From positions 107,570,001 through 107,634,000 of the forward strand of contig NC_042998.1 of assembly GCF_006345805.1 (NCBI RefSeq): a DNA stretch of 64,000 nt, given 5' to 3'. Below are positions 36,950 to 49,871 of this stretch, in pieces; the stretch's first letter is position 1, and each line of letters begins with the position of its first letter. The notes beneath the pieces are model-generated. The model had not been told where the DNA came from, ran no database searches, and saw nothing but the letters and a program-made list of their open reading frames with translations. The stretch comes from Octopus sinensis. Lineage: Eukaryota. The translations under genes and the position numbers were made by a program.

Positions 36950-38470
36950 TCAGAAACTGCAGATAGCCTTTTAAGGAAAGCATTTATAAAAGTGTGTCCT
37001 ATGCTATAGAAATATCTATTAAAATGTTCTGCAATTTTGCCTTGTATCTCCAATCATTCTATCATGATAAATAAAATAATCAATGGATAAATTTGGTTTT
37101 ATTTCAGTTCTCAATTAAGAGCTTTTTGATAGTTGGTGATGCTTTTAAATATTTTTATATTGAAAAAATAGGGCTTGAGTAATAGAGAAGTTCAGCATTT
37201 TACATAAATTTTCTAATATGTTGAACGTAATTTTTTTCTTCAACTAACTGAATCCTTAATCATTAACAGTTCTATATGGTCTCCTTTTTGTCATAGAAAT
37301 CAAAATTCCATTTGTCATTCATGGTTCTTTTCTATGTTTATATTTATTGAACTTAACAGTGTTTCAGAATGTTAGATGATTTATTTTATGTGTAATAATT
37401 GAAAGAAGACATGCAGTATTTACATTAAAATCGTCACTATTCAATAGTTGTAACAGGATTTGTTTCTGCTAGTTCACTTTGTAATTGATTATGATCTAAT
37501 TTTATCTGAACAGTTTCATATCGATTCATTTTAATGTTGGTGCGATCAGGCTTTATCAATTCATCAAAAGATGCGAAATAAGGCAAGTAATCAGATAAAC
37601 ATTTGAACAAAATTTCTGAAATAGAGAAAATGGTGGTAGGAGAAATTGCAAAATAATTAGGCAGGCAGTTTTATCAGAACTGAGTTGGCAAAGTTATATT
37701 GGGACATAAATTATTACCCATTTGTGTCACAAAAGCATTCACCCACAAATTCATTGTTATTAATTTGAAGTGCATTAAAATCATCCATGAATATGAGCTC
37801 ATTAACTTTTTGCTTTATGTTTTGAATCAAATTCATTGAATCAAAATCACTATAAAACATTTCCAGTATACTATGAGGTGGATGACAGAAATTACCTAGA
37901 ATTATTGATTTTTTTCAGATTATCATCAGCGATTTCAAAGACTTGGCATTTCCAAGATTCAGTGTGAGAAGATTCAAATTTTAGCCCTTCAACATTAAAC
38001 CAGTTCTTAATGTAGGAGAGGAGGCCATCCCTTTTTATAACAATTTGACTCTATACGGAAACAATTATACCCAAACCTCCTCCAGTTTGCTGTAACTGTC
38101 ACGGACCACTGACTATAATACATCAGCAAAGTATTAGACCATACACTTTGGTATAATTATCATCAAAATGGTCAAGGCAGATTATGGAATATTCAAAATC
38201 TAGCTTATATAAATCAAATATAAAAGAGATGAGCTCATGTAGAGAAATATATATGCTTTGTATGTTGGTACTAATATTGGAGAAAGAATTAGCTTTCAAC
38301 TTAATCTATTTTTGCAGATCATAGCGGCTGAATTAATTAGATTAAACATCTGAAGAAGAGGAAACTTCCAGTAAACAAATTTTTGCTAAGTCCAGCCCCA
38401 AGCATATTTCAGAATTTTGTCATAGTGTGTAGGCATCATCAAAGGCTTGTGCGAAAATCATATCCAATGA
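36950..38470 (-). mobile_element. Highly decayed CR1/L2/Jockey-type LINE (APE domain plus tether)
   Basis: Fragments TGGGLGIIV, LIFMDDFNA and IAEHFNRYFYSIG in shifting frames. Confidence 0.55.
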
Positions 38471-38514
38471 CAAAAATCATTACCTAGAGAAATGAAAAAA
38501 AAATTTGTTTTGCA

Positions 38515-38800
38515 GAGTAGCAGTAGGCACAGGATGAGTGGTTAAGAAACTTGCTTCCCAGTTATGTGGTCTTAGGTTCAATCCCACTGCATAGCTCCTT
38601 GGAGTAAGTATTTTTACTATGGACCCAGGCTGATTATAAAACCTTGTGAGTGGATTTGATAGATGGAAACTGAAAAACATCCATCATGCATGTGTGTGTG
38701 TGTGTACATGTGTTTGTCTGTGCCCTTGTCTTGACATCATAAGATGTTTGTAAATGAGCATCATTATCATCATAAAAGCAATGTTATTTATTTCCAGATT
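38515..38800 (+). mobile_element. SINE family A, diverged copy
   Basis: gagtggttaagaaacttgcttccc...ggttcaatcccactgc...ccttgtgagtggatttgatagatggaaactga. Confidence 0.7.
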
Positions 38801-39964
38801 TCCACGAAAAGCATGTTTGGTCATGAAAAATATCAACTTGCTTGGAGAAAGATAAAGGTTGGCAACAAGAAGGGCATCTCACTATAGAAAATTTGCATCA
38901 ATGATTCTGTCTGACTCATGTAAGCTTGGAAAACTGGACATAAAATGATGATGATCTCAAAAAGCATAACAAATGTATATTTGTAAAACCTGATGTTCTT
39001 AAAATGTATGCTGTGTGAAATATATACATGAAACAATTTTTCAGTATGGTAAAGATAATTGTTATTAACAAAATGAGGTAAATGATGTAAAATGAAGAGT
39101 GAAGATAATTGCTTTAAGAAGATGCAGTAGATGATGTGAAATGAGTGAACAAGGAATGGAAATGTTAAGTGCAAAACTAAATGCCTTGTGGTAGATAGCC
39201 ACACTAAATTTTCAGTTCAAATTATGTTTTGCTTTTTATATTCTTTGGGTGGTAATTAAAAAAATACCATTCATACACTGAGGATGATTCAGTTAAGTAC
39301 ATCGCCCCCTTCAAAATGTGTGGTCTTTAGTTAATGTTAGAAATCAATATTTATAGGTAATGTGTACCATAGTGCAGAGATTGTTCTCAGTAAAGCAAAT
39401 CTTAAAACCGTTTTTGATTCCCAGAGAGAGTAATACCATTGTATTTATATTTCATGTATTCATGTGAAAACCATATTGAAGTCACAGCTTCTAAATTTTT
39501 CCTCTAGTAAACACTTCTTTTCATGACAATGTAAAGAGCCTTTTTTTTAAACAGATCAAATATATTGATAATTCTAAAATAAGCCCAAGGCCACAATGTT
39601 TTGAGGATTGGTGCAGTTGATTTAACATGCATTCACAAATATAACATACTCACCTCACACCACTCCAATTTCTCTCACCATCATTTGCTACAATCACATC
39701 CTCCCTATCTTTAAACATCTCTCCTCACACTCTTATGGAATATCCCCCTTCTTTACTATTTATACTGTCCCCAATGTTCCCTGTGGGTAAGCCCCAATAC
39801 ATCTTGTACACCATCTATTTTTCTCTCTCTCTTACTGACTGTTTTTCTATTTTTCTCACTAACTCTTGCCTTCTTCTCTTTCCTTGTCCTACTGGGGTAG
39901 CCAAATATCTCCTCTATAGTAAGACAACTATATCTGTCCCTCAATTATACCACTTCCCTTGGTT

Positions 39965-40132
39965 CCACCACTCTGTAAAGTAATTGGCATTAGGAAGGGC
40001 ATCCACCAGCCATAGTAGCCATGCCAGAACAGACAAATGGATCCTGGTGCAGCTCTCTATTTGCCAGCTTTATCAAGCTGTCCAATCCATGGCAGCATGG
40101 AAAACAAATGTTAAATGATGAGGATGATGATG
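39965..40132 (+). mobile_element. RTE-tail/SINE-like copy
   Basis: ggcattaggaagggcatcc...ccaatccatggcagcatggaaaac...gatgatgatg. Confidence 0.75.
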
Positions 40133-40649
40133 AATTAACCTCAGTAATTAGGTTCTTCATGGAAGGATTGAAAATCAAATTGGAAAAGGGATTTGGATCA
40201 AAATGGATAGGAAACGTAACTAAATCCTAGAATGTATCTAGTTTGGCACTTTACCATTTAAGTTATGCCACTATCCTATACAAATAACATTCATAATAAT
40301 ACCTCAAACTTTTACCTGGACCATAATTGTAAACACACACATTCCATATATCGGATAATGATATGATGATGATGATGACAATGATGATGATGACAATGAT
40401 GATGATGATACAATCTGTGTATTATGTGTTCTCACAATTCTTATTACTATTGTAGAAGGTGGTTAGCTAGCCAAAATGACTTTCAAGTAAATTAGCTGAT
40501 GCTGATAATTAAGCAGCATATAATTTAATCCACTATGGTCTTCTTTTAAAGATTTATTACCTTGCATCGATGTATGAACTCATTATAGCTACATATAGAA
40601 GGTATTTGAGTGTTCATTGTAACTTCTGTATAAAGTCATAAACCCTCTA

Positions 40650-40867
40650 TATTCTTTTATTCTTTTATTTGTTTCAATCATTTGACTGTGGCCATGCTGC
40701 AGTACCACCTTTAGTTGAACAAATTGACCTCAGGACTCAGTCTTTGTAAGCCTAGTACTTATTCTATAGGTCTCTTTTGCTGAACCGCTAAGTTATGGGG
40801 ACATAAACACACCAACATCGGTTGTCAAGAGATGGTTGGGGTACAAACACAGACACACAAACACATG

Positions 40868-40899
<32 letters not shown>

Positions 40900-41483
40900 T
40901 ACATACATACATATATATAAATAAATTAATGTACACTTAAACACAAAGAGGCAAGCCCTTAAACAGGTTGCCTAACATACTAGAAAGAACAGTAAAAAAG
41001 TCCAAACCACATTTAAGAGCAATTGCGTAGGGAATGAAATATAAAAACATTTACCATGTTTTACAGCCGGACTTCAGGTTTCGAACTTTAATTAGCAAAT
41101 AAAACAATTTGCAAGGCGAAGTTCTCCCCAGTGGATATGCCAAAACATTAGAGACCAAATAGCACGTGTTTCATCCTTATATATTATAATTTTTCAAATC
41201 CTTTGCGCAAGTGCAAATTCAATTGGCAGCAAATAAAAATTGTGATTAAACTTCAGAAGTTGCTAAAATCATTTCTTAAAATTAATATAGGGTAAGAAAA
41301 ATTATATATTATATATATATATATGACAGGCTTCTTTCAGTTTCCATCTACCAGATCCACTCACAAGGCTTTGGTTGGCCTGAGGCTATAGTAGAAGACA
41401 CTTGTCTAAGGTGACACACTGTGGGACTGAACCCGGAACTATGTGGTTGGTAAGCAAGCTACTTACCACACAGCCACTCCCGC
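40650..41483 (-). mobile_element. SINE family A copy interrupted by about 390 bp of unrelated sequence
   Basis: 3' half at 40650-40915 and 5' half at 41311-41483, both highly similar to 25483-25933. Confidence 0.85.
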
Positions 41484-42007
41484 GTCTGTATAATTGTAAA
41501 ACAACTAATTCATATGCTGAGTGTGAAATAAGCATATTCATACACACACATGCATGAATACCCAAGTCAAATAATGTGTGGGGATGTATATATGCACATA
41601 AACACACATTATTTAACCTGGGTATGAGTTATCTTAATGCAATTCTGTAGTATATGGTTGCTCAACATGCCATCTTGTATGACATCAGTTTCTAGTCCAT
41701 GAATACATTTAATAGAATTCATTCTCTTTGAAGCATTTGGATAAAGCTCCTATCAGTGGGGTTATCATAGGGCAACTGCCTACACTTCCAGAGATGCCAA
41801 AAACTAAAGCTAAACCAACAGGACAATTTTCCTTCCTCTTCTGTAACATAATATAAATGTTACTACAAACTTTTATATAATATCACTATAACTGTGTACT
41901 ATTACAATAACCATCAATATAGTAACACTATAACTTCTATATAACCCAAGTACCACCTCACTGAGATGCATGGAAGAAAGTTACAGAAAAAGAACAACAA
42001 AAACTAC

Positions 42008-42201
42008 CTCTCAAGTAGAAGCCTTGTGGCTTTTATTTCATCGTTCTTATTTTGTAGTTCTTTTTCAAGACTATGTTTTAATTCAACAGCTTCTCTATAT
42101 GGCCTCTGTAGACTCTCAATTTCTTTCTCAAGAACCGGGATGGCATCTTTATTGAAGTCTACCTCCATGTCATTATCCAAGCCAGATGTTATTTCAATCT
42201 C
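42008..42201 (-). CDS. Dynein-like exon 11 (stalk CC2)
   Basis: tttcag|...AG|gtagtt, 194 nt, phase 0-2; LEKEIESLQRPYREAVELKHSLEKEL heptad pattern. Confidence 0.88.
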
Positions 42202-42271
42202 CTGAAAGCATAGATTATTATCTAATTATTTTGATATATATGTATGTGTGTATATGTATGTGTGTGCACAC

Positions 42272-42337
<66 letters not shown>

Positions 42338-42469
42338 CTGCTTCAATGTATATATGTATATATTCTCACTAGTTCACAATAACCTCAGAACTAAATATGT
42401 TTTTCTCTCATCCTTATCTCATTACCTTGCTGAAAATCATTCACTCTGGATCTCAACAACGGTGTTAAA

Positions 42470-43122
42470 ACAGTGACATTTGAGCTGCATTTTCATCTTG
42501 GAGAAGAGATGGAAGACTGTTGGTGCTAAATCTGGTGAATAGGGTGGGTGCAGAAACAATACCATGTTGTTTTTGATAAGAAACTCACAAGGGAGGAGAG
42601 CTCAGTGATAGGGTGCATTGTCATCATGAAGAATCTAATTCTTTGTGCTCTACAGATCCAGTCACTTTTGCTGAATATCCTCTCTCAAACACTTCAAATA
42701 CTGGTGCACAATACCACATTTCCAAAGGTGACACTCATGGCAGGTCTTCCAGATTGCTCATCATCTCCCAGGAATGTTCTGATTTTGAAGCACCCATGCC
42801 ACTTGAAACATTGAGTCCGATCCATTGTCTTGTCACCATAAGCTTGCCAAAGCATGTTCAATGTCTCTGTAGCAGACCTTGCAAGTTTAATGCAAAATTT
42901 CATGTTGGCTCCTTGTTCCTGTCCATGACAAAATTGCAGACCATAGCATACACATGATCACAGAATCACAGATTTTACAACTTGCAAAATAAACATAGCG
43001 ATATCACTCAGCACACTGTCTCATGAAGGTCACTACTAGCTTTCATTGTGCACGTAACCATGTACTACCATCTGTTGGCATGCTACAGAACTAGTCCGGG
43101 ACCTTTTTGACACTACCTTGTA
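42470..43122 (-). mobile_element. Mariner fragment (5' TIR plus HTH)
   Basis: TA-caaggtagtgtcaaaaaggtcccggactag end at about 43120; MKFCIKLARSATETLNML.QAYGD...SGRP. Confidence 0.8.
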
Positions 43123-43492
43123 GTGAAGGAAGTTATTCTTATATTGGACACCTGGCCCAAATGCTTGCAACAAAGTGGAATCTGCAAAAGTCATCTAAGG
43201 ATCAAGTGATGATGGTATTTAAGCAAGTGATGGATTAAGTCTATCACTCAAGAAAGAGGAACAGTTTTTCTAATGAACTTCCATACAGTTTTCAACTATC
43301 ATTTTTATTCAGAAAGTTTTCAATGCTATGATAGAAGGCACTTACCCAAAGTGCTGCACATATTTCCAAAGTGAATTTCTTAATCACTCATTCATGCGCA
43401 CAACCAGGATTGGAGTAGTGGTGTAAGTGTTATGGAGTTTGTCTGCATTATAGAGGTTACAGTACTTCAATTCATTCGTAAATACTGATACA

Positions 43493-45110
43493 TCATCATC
43501 GTTTAACGTCCATTTTCCATGCTAGTATGAGTTGGATGGTTTGACCGGGGTCTGGGGAGCCAGGAGGCTGCACCAGGCTCCAGTCTGATCTGGCAATGTT
43601 TCTACAGCTGGATGCCCTTCCTAATGCCAACCACTCTGTGAGTGTAGTGGGTGCTTTTTATGTGCCACTGGCACAGGGGCCAGAGGAGGCTGGCAACAGC
43701 CATGATCGATTAGTGCTTTTTATGTACCACCGGCATGGAAGCCAGTCAAGGTGGCGCTGGCATCGGCCACGTTCGGATGGTGCTTTTTACATGCCACTAG
43801 CACGGGTATCAGAACTACAATTTCCATTTGATTATTATTTTGATGTTGATGTACTTGACTCAATTGGTCTCCTGATGCACAGCAGGTCACCCTACAATCC
43901 AAGGTACTTTTGAATGGGCTGGGGCTGGTTATGCAGAACTGGTGTAGGATACAGCTGTGAACTCACTTTATTTGCCGGGTCTTTGTAGTCACAGCATATC
44001 TCCAGAGGTTTTGGTATTTTGTCATTGCCTCTGTGAGGCCCAACATTCGAAGGTCATGCTTGATCACCTCATCCCATGTCTTCCTGGGTCTAACTCTACT
44101 CTAGATTCCTTCAACTGTTTGGGAGTGGCACTTCTTCACACATCTCTCCTCATCCATCTGTAGTACATGACCATACCAGCACAAACGTTTCTCTTGCATG
44201 CCACAGCTAATGCTTCTTATGTCCAACATTTCTCTCAGGGCTCTTACACTCTGTCATGTGTGCACACTGACACTACACATCCAGCAGATCATGCTAGCTT
44301 TATTTCTTTTGAGCCTACGCATGTCCTCCACAGTCATGGCCCAAGTTTCACTGTCATGAAGCATGGCAGTTTGCACGAATGCAACATACAATCTACCTTT
44401 CACTCTGAGTGAGAGGCCCTTTGTCACCAGTAGCAGTAGAAGCTTTCTAAACTTTGCCCAGGCTATTCTTATTCTAGTGGTAACACTCTCTGAGCATCCA
44501 CCCCCACTACTAACTTGGTCACCTAGGTAGTGGAAGCTATCAACTACTTCTAGCTTCTCCCCCTGGAGTGTGATGGAATCTATTTTCTGAGCATCTGTGG
44601 TGTTTATTGCCCCTGTGCATCTGATGCACACGAAAGCTATCTTCTTGGTTAATCTTCCTTTGATGTGGCTGCATCTCTTATGCGTCCATAGCTTACACTG
44701 GGTACATCTAATGTAGGGCCACCTACCTGAAGGTGTGTGTGATGAGTTCACCTTCCTACTTACTAGAACTTTGGTTTTTGCTACATTGACTTTAAGGCCT
44801 TTTGATTCTAAACCTTGCTTCCACACCCGAAATCTCTTTTCTAGTTCTGGTAGTGATTCTGCTTTGAGGGCCAGGTCATCAGCATGGAGGAGTTCCCAGG
44901 GGCAACCTGTCTTGAATTCCTCTGTTACTGCCTGGAGGACTATGATGAATAAAAGGGGACTGAGGGCTGAACCTTGGTGGATCCCTACTTTTACCTGGAA
45001 TTCTTCACTATACTCATTGCTAATCCTAAACCTTACTAATGGCCTCTCTGTGTAGGGCCTGTACAGCCCTTATTAACCATTCGTCAATCTCTAATTTTGT
45101 ATCACTGTCC
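43493..45110 (-). mobile_element. Decayed RTE LINE copy (RT, PHD-type finger and tail), sense to the host gene
   Basis: ORF 44254-44826 WKQGLESKGLKVNVAKTKVL...CTQCKLWTHKRCS...FHYLG; (CAT)n at 43493. Confidence 0.93.
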
Positions 45111-45289
45111 ATGTAATATTGGTGGTCTTTCCTTTATCTCTTGGTTTCCAAATATACTTTGAAACTGTTGTGGTGTTCTTCTTGAACTGCTGATGATGGA
45201 ATGAGCTTTAGAGTCAATAGAGTAAGTAGTAGTAATATATAGGAACTAATTTTTTTTTATGGTTTAGGAGAAAGAGGTTGTATATAAGT

Positions 45290-45575
45290 GTCTTCACAGA
45301 CTCTCTGACACTGGTAAGACTGATGTAGATGACATTGAGTTTGAGTGTTTATAAGTCAACATCTGGAGAAAATGTGTTAGTGAGATGGGAATTCCAGAGT
45401 GTGGATATTCCAGGAAGGAAGGATTGGGAAAGAGGTTAACAAAGAACTTCGGTGATGGGATACAGAAGGTGTGATAAGTAGAGGAGACATGATTAAGCTT
45501 AGGTGGAGGGGCATAAAACTACCAAACTGAGAAGAGAAAAACTTGTTGTAGTAATGATAAAATGGGTGAAAAGAG
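45290..45575 (-). mobile_element. Decayed CR1/Jockey-like LINE 3' fragment
   Basis: FYHYYNK...SFLPGISTLWNS...F..DVDL..LKLNV. Confidence 0.5.
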
Positions 45576-45740
45576 TTTAATTTACTTTATACAGCCACCC
45601 AAGAAAAACCGGCCTAATAGCAAGTCAAAGAAAGCAATATTAATTTGCATATATAATGTACCAGTAATATATTGGAGTAGTTTCAGTTTGATTAAACTTT
45701 CTCTGATGTCTAGTGCAAAAACAAATTAATAGCAGCTTAC

Positions 45741-45961
45741 ATTGTCAGGTGTTGAATTCTGTTTGCTATTTCTGAAGATTTGTTCTTCAAGTTCTTTAAT
45801 AGTTTCATTCAGTTCTTGTAGTTCCTTGCAGAATGTTGAGTAAACAACTAAAGATAGGACATATTGCAATAGAATAGCAACATCTTTACTAGCATGTTTA
45901 GCTTCTGCCACAGTGATACCATTACCTGGCAGAACTTTACAGACATGCTGAACAGAGGTAT
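45741..45961 (-). CDS. Dynein-like exon 10 (MTBD H5-H6, CC2 start)
   Basis: ccatag|...AAT|gtaagc, 221 nt, phase 1-0; ITVAEAKHASKDVAILLQYVLSLVVY resembles V...S.AA..L..WV.A...Y. Confidence 0.88.
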
Positions 45962-48014
45962 CTATGGAGATGAAAGAGAAAAAAATGTTTATGTTACAAC
46001 GGTGAAAAATCAATAAGAACTTGAGATTACATCCCTGTGATTTTATAGTCTAAAATAGAGCAGTAATGTATTAAAGGTTAGTAAGTAATAAAACAGATTT
46101 TAGTGTTGGGGTCAGACCTAAGTAATAGAGTAGATTGTTTTAATTTGGGGCTAACCCTTAGTAATTTTGATTTTTCAAACTGAGATATTATGGAATAGTA
46201 GAGGAACTAAGTTGAATCACAGTTGACCGAGTCATTATGGTAGTGAGTTACTTATTGAAAAGTAAATAGTTTATGGCAATGTCTTGTGATCTTAGTAAAG
46301 ACATATAATTCAAAAACAGAGAGTACTTGGTAAAACTGATGAATGTCTTAAAAGCATGCATTGTTGAGTTACAATCTTCTCATGAACTTTCAGAGAAAAA
46401 AAGTATTAAGACATGTCAAAACGTGAACAAATTCCTTAAGGACATTCCTGGAATAATGCAATCAATCAAACACCTCATATAAGAGTAGTTCAATTATAAA
46501 CTGCTGAACTCAGTTATTTAGTAAGGGTTAAATTAAAACTGCAGATCTGTTTTATCAGTTGAGAATGATAAATGTGCAGTAGAAATAAGAGTTCATATAA
46601 GAGTTTGATAAATTCAATCGCTGCAAAGTGTCAAGAACCCAACATTTTTTGCTCACCAATTGATATTAAAAAATAAAAATAAAATGTTGTTGCTTTGCAA
46701 CCAAAGTGACAAGACTACTTCTCACTTTTTCTAACTCTCAGATGACATATTGAATTCTACACACTAAATTCTTCTATCAACTATCACATGGACTGATCAT
46801 TGCCTTGAACCCATTGAAACTGAATGCTGTTTCTTTGAATGGTTCTCCAACATTTGTAGAATCTATATTACATCCCTAATCTTTTGAAGTGAACTATGCT
46901 AAAGTTGCTGTATAATAACATGTTGAATGATAAAACTGAATGCTTAACAGATTTCAATGGCTTTTAACTTTTATATCTCACTTGTAACGTAGAGTTATAT
47001 TTTAAATCATGAGATGGTCTGATGGGATTAACTAAGAATTAAGAAAAAGACAATTTAAAGAATTGTAGAAATGTAAAGTTATCCAATACAAGCTCATATT
47101 TAGAAATTTATTTAAATATAAAGATTAAGTTTTTCTCCTTCACATATTAATTTTTATTTAAAGACGTTTATATACAGATATGATAAGAAGACTAAAACTT
47201 GAAGAAACTGCACTCCATACCTGACTGTACAGCAGTCTGGATTGATTGTAAGTTAATTTGTATTTCTTGAGGTGAGAGATATGATGATATTGCTAAAATG
47301 AAGTCAAATAAATAAAAAAAAAAAAGGAGTGAGAAATGGAATAAAAATTGAACATTTTAAATAAGAAGCTATTTAATGTTGTGCAATTTCTTTTTAAATG
47401 AAAGAAGGAATTTGAGACAATTTGTTGTCTAAAGGAAGCAGAATAGAAAAAGCTATTTTCAGAAGCTACCGTAATTATCAATGAAGATTTTTCAATAATT
47501 ATATGAATCGCTTATTTTCATTCTCAATTTTGTATCTGAATTTTAATTAAATGCAATTACTAGCTGGTCTCTAATTACATTTTCAAAGTGGATTTAAATT
47601 TAACAAAATTAGATATTTAAAAACTTGAATTATTATCAAATAGCATTAGAGCAATTAATAGAAGAATTAGTAATGCACTGGACAGAATGCTTTTTGTTAT
47701 TTAATTAAATCTTTTCACATTGTGAGTTCAGTTTCTGCAATGGCTGACTTTGCTTCTTATTCTTAAATCCAATCCTAGCAGTGGATTCTATTTATTTAAA
47801 TATGCATCCCTAAAATGTGTGGCCTCATGCCAATGTTAGTATTAATTAGTCATATATATTATTCATACATATAGTTTCTGTTTGAACAGGAAATGATATT
47901 AAAGTGTTTCTTGCTGGAATATTCTCAAAACAGTTTATCATAAGGAGTAAACTTATATCTAAATAACCAAGACTAATGAAACAATGAAAAAAGTTTAATT
48001 GGATTTATTTTTAC

Positions 48015-48128
48015 CTTGTATAACTGATGGTTTTAATCCTTGCTCAAATGAAAAATTGTGTAGCAGGTCGATAAACTTCTTTGACTCACTTAGAATATGT
48101 TGAACAGCTTTCCATGAAATCTGGAATT
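48015..48128 (-). CDS. Dynein-like exon 9 (MTBD H3-H4)
   Basis: ccaatag|...G|gtaaaa, 114 nt, phase 1-1; ISWKAVQHILSESKKFIDLLHNFSFE. An alternative acceptor 8 nt downstream would be out of phase. Confidence 0.85.
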
Positions 48129-48500
48129 CTATTGGATTTTAAGAAAAAATATTGATTTGCTTGTGTGTTTACAACAAAACATGTGCAGGATGTAATAATT
48201 AGAAAACTGTTATTTGAATATTTGGTAGTCATTTAAAATGTTAGAAATACATAGATATTGCAAATAATTCTATAATTTCACATTATTACTAAATCATTGT
48301 GTTGTTATATGATCACATTAAAGTCTTTTGCTTTACATACATGTGACATACCTAAATGTACAAAAATCAGGTACTAAGATATTTGATTTAAAAAATGATG
48401 ATACTACATAATACTGTATGCTAAATGATGTTTAAAAACCTAAAATTAACATTACAGCTTTACAGAATTCTTAAAATGAAAAGTCAACTTGAACACTTAC

Positions 48501-48696
48501 TGTTTTTATAATGTTCTGATGATATTAACTGAATTTCTTGGTCTTCCATAGATATATTGAAGTAAGTCAGGGGATTTAGCTTGCCAGTCATTATCAGAAC
48601 AATGTTTATTACATGAACAACCAAATTAGGTGGATTAGCAAACCCTCTGATGCTTTCTATACAGTTTCTGTCTATTTTACTTTTCCAAAAATAGAT
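48501..48696 (-). CDS. Dynein-like exon 8 (MTBD H1-H2)
   Basis: ttgtag|...A|gtaagt, 196 nt, phase 0-1; IDRNCIESIRGFANPPNLVVHVINIVLIMTG resembles I...DI.EIK.F..PP..V..V...V.ILLG. Confidence 0.9.
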
Positions 48697-48884
48697 CTAC
48701 AAATTGACGGGAAAAAATTTAAATTGTTATATACTTACAATTAATATCTTCTATTGAAATAAATGTCAAAGAGATAAACTGAATCTATAATTTGGTTTTT
48801 GCTGTTTAGCTCTGAATGTCAATATGGAGCATATTTTTATACTATATAGATCATTACTGCAGAATTGATGGTATCACATAAAAA

Positions 48885-49143
48885 GCATTGGCGTGAGTGA
48901 TGGTGCCACATAAAAATCATTGGTGCTGGTGCCACATAAGAAGCACTGGTAATGGTGCCATGTAAAAAACCTCAGTATTCTCTGTAAAGTGTCTGACATT
49001 AGGAAGGGCATCCAGCTGTAGAAACAGAGCCAAAACAGACTATGGAACCTTGTATGGACCCTGACCTTGCCAGTTCCTGTCAAGCTGTTCAACCCATGCC
49101 AGCATGGAAATAAGACATTAAATGTACACAATGATGATCATGA
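48885..49143 (+). mobile_element. RTE-tail/SINE-like copy with 3-4 short hairpin-core repeats
   Basis: tggtgccacataaaaa(t/g)ca repeated, then ggaagggcatccagctgtagaaac. Confidence 0.8.
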
Positions 49144-49725
49144 TACAAATGACAATGGTAAAACAATATTCATGTGCTATTAAAAGTCTAATTAGGTTTA
49201 CATTATCCAATTTTCACTTCCTTGCTTTTTAAACACTAAGGTGTTGTCTGAAGGTGAATTGGTTGTTATTTCTAGCAAGGAAATCAACTACATATTGTTT
49301 CTTGTCTGCACTACATTTTATTACATAATCTATAATATTCTCAAGAAAACTATAGTTTTACAGAATTTATAGAAATTATAAATTATATAATTTATAGAAA
49401 AATTTATTGGAAGATTGATCGCTCCATCATAGCCACAGTCAAATGACTGAAACGAAAAAAAAAAAATAATAAAATTAAAATATTGGGAAATGTTTATCCA
49501 CAAGAAGTGTTTATCTGCAGATGCATTAAAATCTGTATTGAACATAAAATAGTTTATTTTGTAATTCAGACTTGAAGAGTTACAAGGAAAAAAAAGTTAT
49601 AAGGTTGAAAGTGTGAATAAGTTGACTTACGTATTTGACAAATGCACTTCCCCACATATACAGACAGTCATATTATTTGTGTTGTGTAATAACAACATAA
49701 ATATATAAAAAGAAAATGATCTAAC

Positions 49726-49871
49726 CTTTTCTTTAGATAGCTCAACACATTTCTCTTTGTAGGGGATTTGTTTTTTTGCTTTAGCCAGATCTTCTTCAAT
49801 ATGGTTTTCTTTCTTCTCCAGGTTTTCTGCCATTAATCTATGAAATTCTTCATCATAGGAATCATAGTCAT
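49726..49871 (-). CDS. Dynein-like exon 7 (stalk CC1)
   Basis: atcaag|...AAG|gttaga, 146 nt, phase 1-0; DDYDSYDEEFHRLMAENLEKKENHIEEDLAKAKKQIPYKEK. Confidence 0.85.

Noticed and set aside
37896-38050. Exon-like segment (..SYIKNWFNVEGLKF..)
   Set aside because: Wrong entry phase; it lies inside the decayed APE-type LINE, and the true AAA5 GLP-like exon is at 34637-34822.
40561-40625. 65-nt exon-like segment (VTMNTQIPSICSYNEFIHRCK) with AG/GT borders
   Set aside because: Phase 1-0 does not fit the phase 2-2 join of exons 11 and 12, which already align continuously with dynein CC2.
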